The position numbers were made by a program, and so were the translations under genes. Below the pieces are notes generated by a model. It had not been told where the DNA came from and searched no databases. It saw only the letters and a list, made by a program, of their open reading frames with translations. Shown piece after piece: positions 8,901-17,618 of a stretch of DNA of 64,000 nucleotides. Each line of letters opens with the position of its first letter. Within the stretch, counting starts at the first letter, position 1. Source of the stretch: an uncultured Pirellulales bacterium (lineage in GTDB: Bacteria; Planctomycetota; Phycisphaerae; Sedimentisphaerales; Anaerobacaceae). The DNA is taken from contig CAZKYP010000001.1 of NCBI GenBank assembly GCA_964556885.1, positions 2,122-66,121 of the forward strand, in the 5' to 3' direction.

Positions 8901-11900
8901 GGACAATTTCGGCTTTGTACCACCTCTCAAATCCCATTGGTTCTTGATATAATCCGTGCGGGAATCTGCTGCGGCGATTTTTGTGAGGACCTTCTTTTTC
9001 CATATCTGTATTTCAGGCCAGTTGGAAAACAGGGGATTGTTACTTATACCGTTCCAGTCAATAATCTTACAAGCCTGCAATGCATAGTTATAGCACTTGC
9101 TAATCATAATGTTTTCGTAACTGGTTAGAGCGCTGTTGGATTTGCAGACTGCGTCCGGACTTAAAAGACGTTCGCCCAATGTCTCATTGATGTAAAGAAA
9201 ATTGTATTTTTGAGTCAGTCTGAACCAGAATTCGTAGTCGCCCGAAATCATGAAGCCTTCGTCGAAATATCCGAGCACATTATGTACTTCTTTTCGCCAC
9301 ATGGGTTGTGAGCCGGGGAAGCACTGGCCGCTAAATAATCGATCTCGTGAAAATTCACCGTTTATCCTCTCACCAACTGCAACTCTTCGTCCGTCTGTTT
9401 CGCTTACTTCTACCTGGTTGGCATAAACCATGACTTTGTCCTGATTTGCATCCAGCGCCTTTGCCATGATTTCGAGGGCATCGGGACGATGCCTGTCGTC
9501 GGTATTGGCATTTGTGATGTATTTGCCGGTGGCGATTTTGATACCCCTGTTCCATGCAGCATAGATTGTTTCGCGTTTCTCAGTTTTGATGTATTTTATA
9601 TTATTGTATTTTTTTTGAAATTCTTTTACGATCAGGCCTTCATTTTGCTGAGAGCCGCTGTCAATCACTATTATTTCGACCTTCTCGGATATAGTTTGCT
9701 TTTCCAGGTCTTCAAGACAATCGTGAATGAAATTTTCTGAATTGTATGTGGATACTATGGCACTAACAAGGTATTGTTTCTCGTGAGCATGTTCTTTACC
9801 GGTCTTGGAATTTTGTATAGATGAATCGGGGATTTTTGTTAACCAGCTATTAACAGCCTGTTCGATCATCTCAACGGTTATGGTGTTTATGCAGCGGATG
9901 TCCTGGCCGTATTTGCACCGCCAGTTGCAGCCGTAACAATCCATCTGGGTATAAACCAAAGACGTCTTTGGACTATACGGCATGAATCTGCCGAAATGGC
10001 CGCCACCAATGATTACAACATGCGGACAATTGACTGTCGCCGCTATATGTACCGGTGCCGATTCGACTCCAATACATAACTTTGCCCTTTCTAATAAAGC
10101 TGCTAACTGCCTGAGGGATGTTTTACCGCAAAAGTTGCGCACGTTGGGGTGTTCGGTTGTTTTGATAATGTTTTCCGCATTCTGGCTACTCTGTTTAGAG
10201 CCACAGATTAAAATTGGATAGTTTTTCAAACATGACATCAATTCCGCCCACTTGGAATCGGGCCAATTCCGCTTCTCATACTGTGCGAAGGGGCATATTA
10301 TCATCGGCTCTTGTATGTTTAGGTCCTTCAGCAGCTTGTCGGCATAATCCCTGTGCTCAGGTTCCAGCCATAAGGTAGTTTCATACGGATGAATAACTGA
10401 TAGGCCAAGTCCCTCGACAAATTCGCTATTTCGCTCAGTCTCAAGCATTTTGCCGGCTTTTGCGGGAATGAGTTTCGTGAAATATGGATTGTTTGCATGG
10501 ACCTGTTCTGCCGGCATGTTGGTATCGTCGCCGACCGAGGCGATTTTTTCTTTGGCTCCACTGTTTATTACAATAAAGTCGGTAACCTTATCCCTCGAAT
10601 AAACAGGACAAATTGCAACATCATACTTCGCGGCCTGGATGCGACTCATAAAATCGGCGGCATAATTCTGATCGTAGACCATCGACTTGCGATGATTGAC
10701 AATGACTTCGTCGATATAGGGACATGCCTCGGCGAGTTCTATAGTGCACTCCCTCACAATAATCGCAATATGTGAGTTTGGATAGAGTTTTCGGTAATAG
10801 GGCAGGGCCCCTGAGAAAATCACGAAATCCCCGATTCCATCTGTTTTCACAATAAGAACCTTATGTTGTTGTTTGGAAATCGCCTGGACTGCTGTTTTCA
10901 AAGCTGTAACGTCAATATTTGTTTTGTCTTCATTATGGACAAAAGTGTCGGATTGATGGCCGTAGGTAGGTGTTGATGCCCTGTCACCTGACGATGAAGT
11001 GTGTGCAACAGGACGTAACATAAAACAGCCCAGGCTATAGGCGAGCATGGGTTCTCGTTGCAATGCCGACTCTTCATCTACTTCCCGCCACTGGTTGTTT
11101 TCGTCCTTTATCCAAAAACAACTGCTTTCTATCTCCCAGTTTTTGAGGAGTTTTACAAGTCTTGTTTGTCCGTAAACGCGATGCAGTGAGCCGACAACCA
11201 TGTCAAGACCTACCGGAATTGTCAGAAGCATTTTGCCGTCCGGTTTAATGATTTTACTCATCTGGTTCATTATTTCCAGGTCGTCGTCTATTCCCTCTTT
11301 GGTTACTCCGTATCTACCTACCAGTCCGGAGTGTTCGACTGACGAACAATTGATTATTAAATCATAACTTTGCGGCGTCCAATCCTGCTGCAAAAAATCG
11401 CCCTGAATGAAGTGTATATCTCCCAGACCGTCAAGAGAGACTGTAAGGGGAGTCATATCTATCGCTGTTATCCGGTATCCGAGCTGAGTTGCGAAACGTG
11501 TCAGTTCGGCGGTTTGGCCGCATCCGAAGTCAAGAAGCCTTGATCCTTTATTATGGTTATTTGTCATTTTCGTAAGCAGGCTTTTTGTGGAGCCCCACTC
11601 AACATCTCTGTCCCCTTTTAGGTCCGGTTTTAATCTGTGTATTTGCTCTGCAAATTGTGCTGAATCCGGATTTTCAGGATCTTTGTTCAGGGCGTTTTTT
11701 GCTTCGACTTCCGCTTCCAGTAATCGACCGAGCCGAGCCAGGCATACTGCTCGTCCGAAGTGAGCATCAATACTGTCTTGAGAATGGATCAGAATCTTTT
11801 CGAATTCCTTTAGTGCCTTTACAATATGACCCTGATTCAGAAGCGTCTGTGCATGTATGATTTGATTTATTGTATTTCCTGTTTCGAAGTTATCAACATT

Positions 11901-14900
11901 AACCGGCAGGTGTGTGTCTTTGTCGAGTTTTTTGTGTTTCGGGGTGAACTTAGCTATGCAGAAACCAAATTTTTCCTTTGAATGAGTTATCAGTTCAAAC
12001 CGTTTATCCTTCTGTATCTCCTGGAAACTATGATGATGTTTGACATGGTAAATATCGTCCAGGGCAATATAACATTCTCCTTGCAGGTTATCTATGAGGT
12101 GATTAAATTCGATATTACCCATGTGGCCGCCGCTGTCAAGAAGGACAAAATCCGGCTTAAAGTCGAATACTTTGAGACATTGATATAGCAAATCGTCGGG
12201 CAGACTGGGAAAATTTGTCTCGTTATAGTAAAGCTCGGCTCTGTTTTCTTCTTTGTGGTCAACGAAAATACCATCATAATCGATATCTGTTATCGTCTTT
12301 CGGGCTATTTCCTCCTTGCTCGGCAACATCGCCCGCGGAACGGACAGGCCGTTAAGTGCATTGACCTTTATGTTATTCGTCTCGAAATATTGTTTCGCAC
12401 GAGTATAATTTTTAGGATTAACTTCGATAGTAAAAAATATTGCATCAACAATACCCAGTCTTTGCAGCGATTTTGTGATTATAGTCGTGGTGCCGGTGCC
12501 AAGATAAGTTCCAGTCTCAATAATCTTTCTTGGTTTGATTTTACTGAATAATTCTTGAATTTTTTCACCGAACGAAGATTCTGCACCAACATTAACTCCA
12601 GTTTTGACATAATCAGCGGCTATCTTAACCTTTTTGGAAACTTTGTCTGTGAGTTCCGAAGGTTCTTTCTGACAGGCTTTTTGTGCTAATGATTTTCGGA
12701 AACTTTCCATTACTTCAGGATGAGAGCCCTCAAAAGGTACAGTCTGTGAATTGATATCGCCAGTCCAGATGGGATATTTTGAATCAATCTCCTGCCTGTT
12801 CGCCGGCATCCATTTCAGGAAACATTCTTTATACCATTCAAGCAGGTCGATATTCCAGTTCTTTCCCCAGCCGTATCTGCAATAAAGCTCGATTTTCTGT
12901 TTTACTTGTTTATCTAAGACATAGCTGTAATGGTAAAAAATTATTCCCATTTGTTTTGTCTGGGTTCCATCCAGCAGGTGCATTTGTTCGGTGGTTTTAT
13001 CGGAGTCGGGCCAGAGCATTGTTGGTGGCCGGTGTGACGTAAACAGGGCGCCGGGAACATACTTAAACAGCCTTCTGTAATGGCACCATTGTTTATAGAA
13101 TGCGGGTGAAACGAAGATGTATTCCAGACCTTTCCAGAAATTGTCCGGGATGAAATTAACCTGTGTAATTGACGGTTCTTTTTTAATAATTTCCTTTATT
13201 TTCTCAAGATGCTCTCTTTTGTAAACCTCGTCGGAATCTATGAGCCAGATATAGTCCCCCGTGACATATTTCAGGGCCTCATTTTGCATCTCACATTTTT
13301 CCGGCCATCTGCCCTGGATAAGCCTGATTTTATTTTGCGGGTCCGGGAAAGACTGTATAAATTCTACTGTTCCATCAGTAGAGCTGCCATCCGGATTGGC
13401 TGCGAACATGCAATTTTCAACGGCGCCTTCTATTATGATTATCTCGTGTGCAAAATCATAAACCGACTTCAGGCTGTATTCGATAAAGGGCATTCCATTC
13501 AGGACGATCATTACGAACGAAAACTTAGGCTCATGTAGCAACTTAGGCTGATCGATAGAATGCGATATTGGCGAAATAATTTCGTCTCGAAGGTTTGTCT
13601 TACTATTTCTTGGATCAAAGGAAATAAGCGATTCTGCAGAAGACGAGTTTTCGTTATTGACGGTCGTTATCTGGTTATTGTTCCGTTCATATTCATTGAT
13701 TGCCTGTCTGAGTCTTTCGAGCAGATTTTTAGCACCGCTGTGTTCGGGCTGGAACCTGAGTTCTGTCTCACAGGCTTGTAGAGCCGAATATAATTTACCG
13801 GCCTGTGTGTAGGCGGCGGCCATAGCAAAATTCAGGTTGGACATATCGGGACAATCCGAGTGTACTTCATTAAAATAATTCAATGCCTCCTGCAAATTGC
13901 CGTCACGCATAAATTCGATACCCATTTTGAGAAGTTCTTCCGCTATTTTATCCTGATGAGGTTGCAGGATTCCCTCGGGACAGGATTTGGCCAATCTGAT
14001 AATTGCCTTTGATTTGTGGTGATCAGGTTGTAATTTTAGCTCTTCGGAACCTGCTTTAGCCGCCTCAATCGTCCTGCCCAGCCTGAGTAGGATGTTGGCT
14101 CTTCGGTAATTGAAATTCGGCCGATTTTCTCCTGCTTCCAGCAGCAGGTCCAGATACTCAAGCGCATCTTCTATTTTCTCCTGTTGTTCAAGCTCGGCAG
14201 ACCTCTTTTGGAAATGCTCGGTTATTAAATCCAGCCTGTCACGGTTCGGGCCATTTTTATATGCGAGAGGAGCATACCGTTTTGCCATGTCCCATATCCC
14301 CATATTGCAGTAGTTAATTACGTGCCATGGATATAGACTTGCTATGGCTTTATCCTTAAGCAAACGTATAGGTTCCGGTGTATCGGTATTGTTGCAAAGA
14401 CGCTCAATTGCGGCCTTTCTCGATGTCATCAGCTCTTCCCTGATTTCCGCCTGATAGCTATACGCTGCCGGATGTACTGCATATTTCGACACAAAACATG
14501 ATATGTGTCGAATGGGAAAGACGGCGCCGAGTCTTGCCCAGATTTCGAATTCGCCGCAACCGCTGTATTGTGAAAGTTTGACTGCATCGTAACATTTTTT
14601 TCTGAAAAAACTGGCGCTAAACGGGGGCATTATTTCGGAGCAGATATATTTCTCATAATCCCATTCTTTAGCTTTAACCCAGCCGGTGATATTGCCGTCG
14701 CAGTCAGTATTATAATGGTCACCGTATATCGCTGCCAGTTCAGGATTTTCCGTCAAGTTCCTGACGGCCCAGGAAACTGCATTTGGCAGCAATTCCTCAT
14801 CGGACAAACATGAACCAAAAAATTCTCCGCGTACTCTTGAAAGACAGCGAAAAAATGCGTCTCCCGGTCCTGAGTCCGGTTCGGAGACAAGATTAATTTG

Positions 14901-15101
14901 GTCTCCGTAACTTTTAAGTAGTTCGAGTGTTCCGTCGGTAGACTCGCCGTCCTGCACAATGATTTCAATGTTCGGATAGTCCTGTGCAAGAATACTGTCA
15001 ATCGACCGCCTGACGGATTTTGCGCGGTTTTTCACGAATGAAAAGATGGATACAAGCGGGTATTTATTAGATTCTGTTTGCACAAATCGGTCCTTTATCA
15101 A
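5940..15101 (-). CDS. Giant multidomain glycosyltransferase / methyltransferase / TPR polyprotein (3053 aa)
   Basis: An uninterrupted 9.16 kb ORF. Six GT2-like modules are visible, for example PLVSIFSFVKN...IEIIVQDGESTDGT, KFSFVMIVLNGMPF...STDGT, two YLVSAIVSTYN...TNANTDDRHR modules, KLSVVIVTYNKP...IIVISNDG and PLVSIIMPVYN...LIVVDDGSTDHT...PLDADD. One GT9 heptosyltransferase-like module is present (KVLIVKTDGIGDFVIF). There are two class I SAM-methyltransferase-like modules (IIETGTYLGTGT and LLDFGCGQ). At least four TPR blocks are present. The start is TTG or GTG and overlaps the upstream gene. Confidence 0.85.
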   Translation of the reverse strand: MIKDRFVQTESNKYPLVSIFSFVKNRAKSVRRSIDSILAQDYPNIEIIVQDGESTDGTLELLKSYGDQINLVSEPDSGPGDAFFRCLSRVRGEFFGSCLSDEELLPNAVSWAVRNLTENPELAAIYGDHYNTDCDGNITGWVKAKEWDYEKYICSEIMPPFSASFFRKKCYDAVKLSQYSGCGEFEIWARLGAVFPIRHISCFVSKYAVHPAAYSYQAEIREELMTSRKAAIERLCNNTDTPEPIRLLKDKAIASLYPWHVINYCNMGIWDMAKRYAPLAYKNGPNRDRLDLITEHFQKRSAELEQQEKIEDALEYLDLLLEAGENRPNFNYRRANILLRLGRTIEAAKAGSEELKLQPDHHKSKAIIRLAKSCPEGILQPHQDKIAEELLKMGIEFMRDGNLQEALNYFNEVHSDCPDMSNLNFAMAAAYTQAGKLYSALQACETELRFQPEHSGAKNLLERLRQAINEYERNNNQITTVNNENSSSAESLISFDPRNSKTNLRDEIISPISHSIDQPKLLHEPKFSFVMIVLNGMPFIEYSLKSVYDFAHEIIIIEGAVENCMFAANPDGSSTDGTVEFIQSFPDPQNKIRLIQGRWPEKCEMQNEALKYVTGDYIWLIDSDEVYKREHLEKIKEIIKKEPSITQVNFIPDNFWKGLEYIFVSPAFYKQWCHYRRLFKYVPGALFTSHRPPTMLWPDSDKTTEQMHLLDGTQTKQMGIIFYHYSYVLDKQVKQKIELYCRYGWGKNWNIDLLEWYKECFLKWMPANRQEIDSKYPIWTGDINSQTVPFEGSHPEVMESFRKSLAQKACQKEPSELTDKVSKKVKIAADYVKTGVNVGAESSFGEKIQELFSKIKPRKIIETGTYLGTGTTTIITKSLQRLGIVDAIFFTIEVNPKNYTRAKQYFETNNIKVNALNGLSVPRAMLPSKEEIARKTITDIDYDGIFVDHKEENRAELYYNETNFPSLPDDLLYQCLKVFDFKPDFVLLDSGGHMGNIEFNHLIDNLQGECYIALDDIYHVKHHHSFQEIQKDKRFELITHSKEKFGFCIAKFTPKHKKLDKDTHLPVNVDNFETGNTINQIIHAQTLLNQGHIVKALKEFEKILIHSQDSIDAHFGRAVCLARLGRLLEAEVEAKNALNKDPENPDSAQFAEQIHRLKPDLKGDRDVEWGSTKSLLTKMTNNHNKGSRLLDFGCGQTAELTRFATQLGYRITAIDMTPLTVSLDGLGDIHFIQGDFLQQDWTPQSYDLIINCSSVEHSGLVGRYGVTKEGIDDDLEIMNQMSKIIKPDGKMLLTIPVGLDMVVGSLHRVYGQTRLVKLLKNWEIESSCFWIKDENNQWREVDEESALQREPMLAYSLGCFMLRPVAHTSSSGDRASTPTYGHQSDTFVHNEDKTNIDVTALKTAVQAISKQQHKVLIVKTDGIGDFVIFSGALPYYRKLYPNSHIAIIVRECTIELAEACPYIDEVIVNHRKSMVYDQNYAADFMSRIQAAKYDVAICPVYSRDKVTDFIVINSGAKEKIASVGDDTNMPAEQVHANNPYFTKLIPAKAGKMLETERNSEFVEGLGLSVIHPYETTLWLEPEHRDYADKLLKDLNIQEPMIICPFAQYEKRNWPDSKWAELMSCLKNYPILICGSKQSSQNAENIIKTTEHPNVRNFCGKTSLRQLAALLERAKLCIGVESAPVHIAATVNCPHVVIIGGGHFGRFMPYSPKTSLVYTQMDCYGCNWRCKYGQDIRCINTITVEMIEQAVNSWLTKIPDSSIQNSKTGKEHAHEKQYLVSAIVSTYNSENFIHDCLEDLEKQTISEKVEIIVIDSGSQQNEGLIVKEFQKKYNNIKYIKTEKRETIYAAWNRGIKIATGKYITNANTDDRHRPDALEIMAKALDANQDKVMVYANQVEVSETDGRRVAVGERINGEFSRDRLFSGQCFPGSQPMWRKEVHNVLGYFDEGFMISGDYEFWFRLTQKYNFLYINETLGERLLSPDAVCKSNSALTSYENIMISKCYNYALQACKIIDWNGISNNPLFSNWPEIQIWKKKVLTKIAAADSRTDYIKNQWDLRGGTKPKLSVVIVTYNKPQQLNENLNALQNQTETDFEIIVISNDGELSELKTISERFKCGLCCIELSKNLGPSYAKNTGASKARADYFAFLDDDAVPDKNFVANILANFAKHNICGLRGKVLPKSSTDSQTAPASYDLGDNVIHTTCEVSSHCAFRKDIFCKVDGYDTDLFGNENRELSYRIYKSLNEKINCIIYAPDVIVYHEPKVDFEHRIEKNLREKEMLKMARKKWPDIELYLQYIRSLYPQNARIFEKDYLKLLSNCLFLQENSPQEAAEWALKAVNLEPDLLKGRYLLGTLYAKLGKFTEAEILLESVFSSVMQSDEFIERKLKTSSDVEKNKTAQIDCYISTGTKLAQCYLNHGKYDKVKQIYHTLLNDNRLNMPQEQTASLKAVLAKLENAPSLPAAPQKSEAISESSAGPESRYLVSAIVSTYNAEKFLRGCMDDLVQQTIADKLEIVIVNSGSEQNEDAIVREYQNKYNNISYIKTDCREGIYTAWNRAVRVARGKYLTNANTDDRHRKDALEIMARTLEKNPEIALIYGDQICTDTPNGTFENHNCIELAKRSEYSKERLLFGCCVGSQPMWRKTLHDELGFFDESLACSGDWDFWLRTSQKYDFKHIPEFLGLYYYNRDGIEHGRRIHSWYERYKVGRRYGREYLGIFPIYQHKDNPLVSIIMPVYNMENYIIEAIESILIQNYMNFELIVVDDGSTDHTKDAVLSFGDPRIKYFYKENGGPYTARNLGMKKASGDFIVPLDADDMMTPDYISSHLKEFEKCPDADLIYCDDYLIDTIGRPTRVIERPEYTDRKYLIRDLFHCGFPVVPFRTCIRKSVFDKIGKFDDSFRNSMDYDMIRLFVKHGLKAHHLKAPLYLRRMVLDSVSRKPSHEGARANFEVLKRFTESFSYDELFPDVAWDKIAPEKRSLHAKCLVAATYLSIGQNFINSNSSPVYAKKAFEQAWSELNECLKMDPNNDQIRQLLQKCDLGRQKYAEQMQTAIY
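7040..7664 (-). repeat. Internal paralogous GT2 module, copy 2, within the giant gene
   Basis: Encodes RYLVSAIVSTYNAEKF...VARGKYLTNANTDDRHRKDALEIMARTL...GSQPMWRK...SGDWDFWLR. It aligns colinearly with copy 1. Boundaries are approximate. Confidence 0.8.
9165..9776 (-). repeat. Internal paralogous GT2 module, copy 1, within the giant gene
   Basis: Encodes QYLVSAIVSTYNSENF...IATGKYITNANTDDRHRPDALEIMAKAL...GSQPMWRK...SGDYEFWFR. Short near-identical DNA patches are shared with copy 2, for example gtattggcatttgt. Boundaries are approximate. Confidence 0.8.
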
Positions 15102-15831
15102 AGAAATTGACTCTGCTGTTAAAAAACTCTATCGCTTGTTTGTATCGGTTGGGTGTTCCGATATCGATTATTTTCTCGTTGGTTATAAAAGCGTGACTGT
15201 TCCGGCCGGCCAGTTGCGGAAACAGGTCATATTCCAGCGAGTACTTCATACCAGCAGGTATCATTGGAAGAACCTCTTTTTGAAAGAGATAGATACCTGC
15301 ATTAATATATCCATGTTTATCAATGTCTTTTTTTTCTTCGAAGCCGATGATCCTCTGCGAGTCATCCAGAAAAACAGAACCGTAACTTTCCGTATTTTCA
15401 GTACCGGTTACGACCATTGACATCAAAGCTTCTCTGTCCGAATGGAATTTAAGAAATTCGGTCATGTCGGCGGTACAAAATGAATCGCCATTGGTGACAA
15501 GGAAAGGATTGCTTATTATTAAATATTGAGCATTCTTAATAGCGCCAGCCGTTCCCAGTGGGCTCTTTTCTTCTGATATAACAAACTCGAGTGAGCTATT
15601 ATTATGAATGAAATGAGCAAGAATTACCTCCGATTTATAACCGGCGCACAAGACAAATCTTTCGAAACCGAATCTGCTGAAATATCCTGTAAGAATATCG
15701 AGAAAAGGCTGTTGATTTATCAGGGCCATCGGTTTGGGACGGTCATTGATAATTGGCGCAAGCCGATTGCCCATTCCTCCGCAGAGGATGACAACGTCTA
15801 TTTCCTCAATTCTCTTTTTATTAATGGTCAT
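15067..15831 (-). CDS. Sugar-1-phosphate nucleotidyltransferase (HddC / heptose-1-P guanylyltransferase-like)
   Basis: The N-terminal motif VVILCGGMGNRLAPIINDRPKPMALI (GGxGxRL) is present, followed by PLGTAGAI. It overlaps the upstream kinase gene by 11 nt. Confidence 0.8.
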   Translation of the reverse strand: MTINKKRIEEIDVVILCGGMGNRLAPIINDRPKPMALINQQPFLDILTGYFSRFGFERFVLCAGYKSEVILAHFIHNNSSLEFVISEEKSPLGTAGAIKNAQYLIISNPFLVTNGDSFCTADMTEFLKFHSDREALMSMVVTGTENTESYGSVFLDDSQRIIGFEEKKDIDKHGYINAGIYLFQKEVLPMIPAGMKYSLEYDLFPQLAGRNSHAFITNEKIIDIGTPNRYKQAIEFFNSRVNFFDKGPICANRI

Positions 15832-16816
15832 TATTCGAGTATAGAGTTATTTGACTTCCCAGTGTTTCAAAATGGAAGGGGACGTACAGGAGATTTTTCA
15901 GAGCCTCTTTGACTGCCCGTTGCTTTCGTGGCGGAACAAATAAAAGCATAAAGCCGCCGCCTCCTGCCCCGCATAATTTCCCTCCGATTGCTCCAGCTTT
16001 TATTGCTGCATCGTACATATCGTCTATGACACTCGTGGTTGTTTTGCTCGATAGACTTTTTTTCAGCTTCCATGACTCGTCAAGCAGCTCACCGAAACGT
16101 TCTATTCTCTCACGGTGGTCGTTAAGAATATTTACAGCTTCCTTAACCATGTCCTTCATCGCACTCAGTTCGGAAGTTTTCTGTGAAGTATTGTTAATCT
16201 GTTCGGTTGCGATCTCGGAAGCAGTCCTGGAAAATCCGGTAAAGAACATCATCAAATGATTCTGAAGTTCCTTTATCCTTGATAGCTCTATTGTGATAGG
16301 ATGTACGGAAAAAGCCGCTTTGCCGTTAAATTCTATCAGGTTGAGTCCACCAAAAGCAGCGGCCACCTGGTCCTGTGAACCCACCGCCTCTCCGATGACA
16401 TTCTGCTCGATACAAATTGCGTTCGAGGCGAGTTGTGCCTTGTCGACCATTCTGCCGGTCAATGCATACAAGGCGTTCAAAAGGCCGACAGTAAAGGCAG
16501 AGCTCGAACCGATACCGGACCGTGCGGGCAAATCACCTGTATGCACCATTTCTATACCCTGGTCTATTCCAAGGAACCTGAGAGACTCCCGTACCGCCGG
16601 ATGCCTGATTTGAAGAAGATTATCTACTTCCTCACGCAGCCTGTATCTTATGAGGTATTTATGATCGAAAAACTGGGGTAGATACCGGCAATTTATGTAG
16701 CAATATTTATTTATGGTCGTATTCAGCACTGCACCGCCATTGTCCCTGTACCATACAGGGTAATCCGTACCGCCGCCAAAGAACGAGATACGATATGGCG
16801 TTCTGCTGATAATCAT
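15821..16816 (-). CDS. GHMP-family sugar kinase (HddA / D-glycero-D-manno-heptose 7-phosphate kinase-like)
   Basis: The N-terminus has RTPYRISFFGGGTDYPVWY. The GHMP motif II PARSGIGSSSAFTVGLLNAL and the C-terminal GGKLCGAGGGGFMLLF are both present. Confidence 0.82.
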   Translation of the reverse strand: MIISRTPYRISFFGGGTDYPVWYRDNGGAVLNTTINKYCYINCRYLPQFFDHKYLIRYRLREEVDNLLQIRHPAVRESLRFLGIDQGIEMVHTGDLPARSGIGSSSAFTVGLLNALYALTGRMVDKAQLASNAICIEQNVIGEAVGSQDQVAAAFGGLNLIEFNGKAAFSVHPITIELSRIKELQNHLMMFFTGFSRTASEIATEQINNTSQKTSELSAMKDMVKEAVNILNDHRERIERFGELLDESWKLKKSLSSKTTTSVIDDMYDAAIKAGAIGGKLCGAGGGGFMLLFVPPRKQRAVKEALKNLLYVPFHFETLGSQITLYSNNDH

Positions 16817-16878
16817 CGATTATCCTTTTTAACCGGTTTTCGATAGACTTTTTCTAATGATTTTAATTTTTCTATACT

Positions 16879-16892
16879 GCAAATTTCGTGCC
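16879..16892 (-). promoter_or_regulatory. sigma-54 -24/-12 promoter candidate inside the modification island
   Basis: The minus-sense sequence is aGGCACGaaatTTGCAg, with GG-N10-GC spacing. It lies about 65 nt upstream of the kinase gene start, in a 208-nt gap. Confidence 0.6.
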
Positions 16893-17024
16893 TGTGGTCA
16901 AAAAAGCCGTTTATCAACGACCATGCCATCCGAACCGGCAAACATGTAAAATTATCAGACATCTTCAATGCTGCAATCATTGTAAATATGCCCCCATCAT
17001 TTGCTTAAAGAGCCCCAAAAAAGA

Positions 17025-17546
17025 TCAAATTAGGTCTGCCGAAGCATCTCTATGTGATAATATAGGACTTTCCACGGGCCACCAGATACCGAACTGCGGC
17101 TCATTCCATCTGTATGTATATTGTTTCGATGGTTCGTAGTAAGTTGACTGCTTGTAATGGAAAATTGTCAGTTCGCTCATAACCAGATGAGCATTTCCGT
17201 ATCTCGGCGGAACCAAAACCTGAAGATTATTCCTGTCGGACAGAACAAATGACTGCCACTTGCCGAAGTCCTTCGATTTGGTATCACAATTAACCACGAC
17301 AAAATAAAATTTACCGTACAAACAGGATATCAGTTTCCATGTACAGTCGTCGCCATGAATGCCGCGCAACACGTTCCTCGTGGAGGTTGAAATATCGTCC
17401 TGGACAAAATTTACATCAATGCCTTTTCCCCTGTATAACTTCTCATTATATGTCTCTATATAGCGGCCGCGGTGATCTTCGAAAGGATCAGGTTGAATAA
17501 CTAAAACCCCATCCAGTTTTGTTTTTTCGACTTTTATCATAATCAA
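17025..17546 (-). CDS. RmlC-like cupin sugar-nucleotide 3,5-epimerase
   Basis: Contains LDGVLVIQPDPFEDHRGRYIETYN and RGIHGD, typical of dTDP-4-dehydrorhamnose 3,5-epimerase-fold enzymes. Confidence 0.8.
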   Translation of the reverse strand: MIMIKVEKTKLDGVLVIQPDPFEDHRGRYIETYNEKLYRGKGIDVNFVQDDISTSTRNVLRGIHGDDCTWKLISCLYGKFYFVVVNCDTKSKDFGKWQSFVLSDRNNLQVLVPPRYGNAHLVMSELTIFHYKQSTYYEPSKQYTYRWNEPQFGIWWPVESPILSHRDASADLI

Positions 17547-17618
17547 TCCGCTCTTTTCATTTCGGCTCGAAAAATATGGAACTAATAACCATTTATATAT
17601 CTGGTTTCCGGCGTGTCC

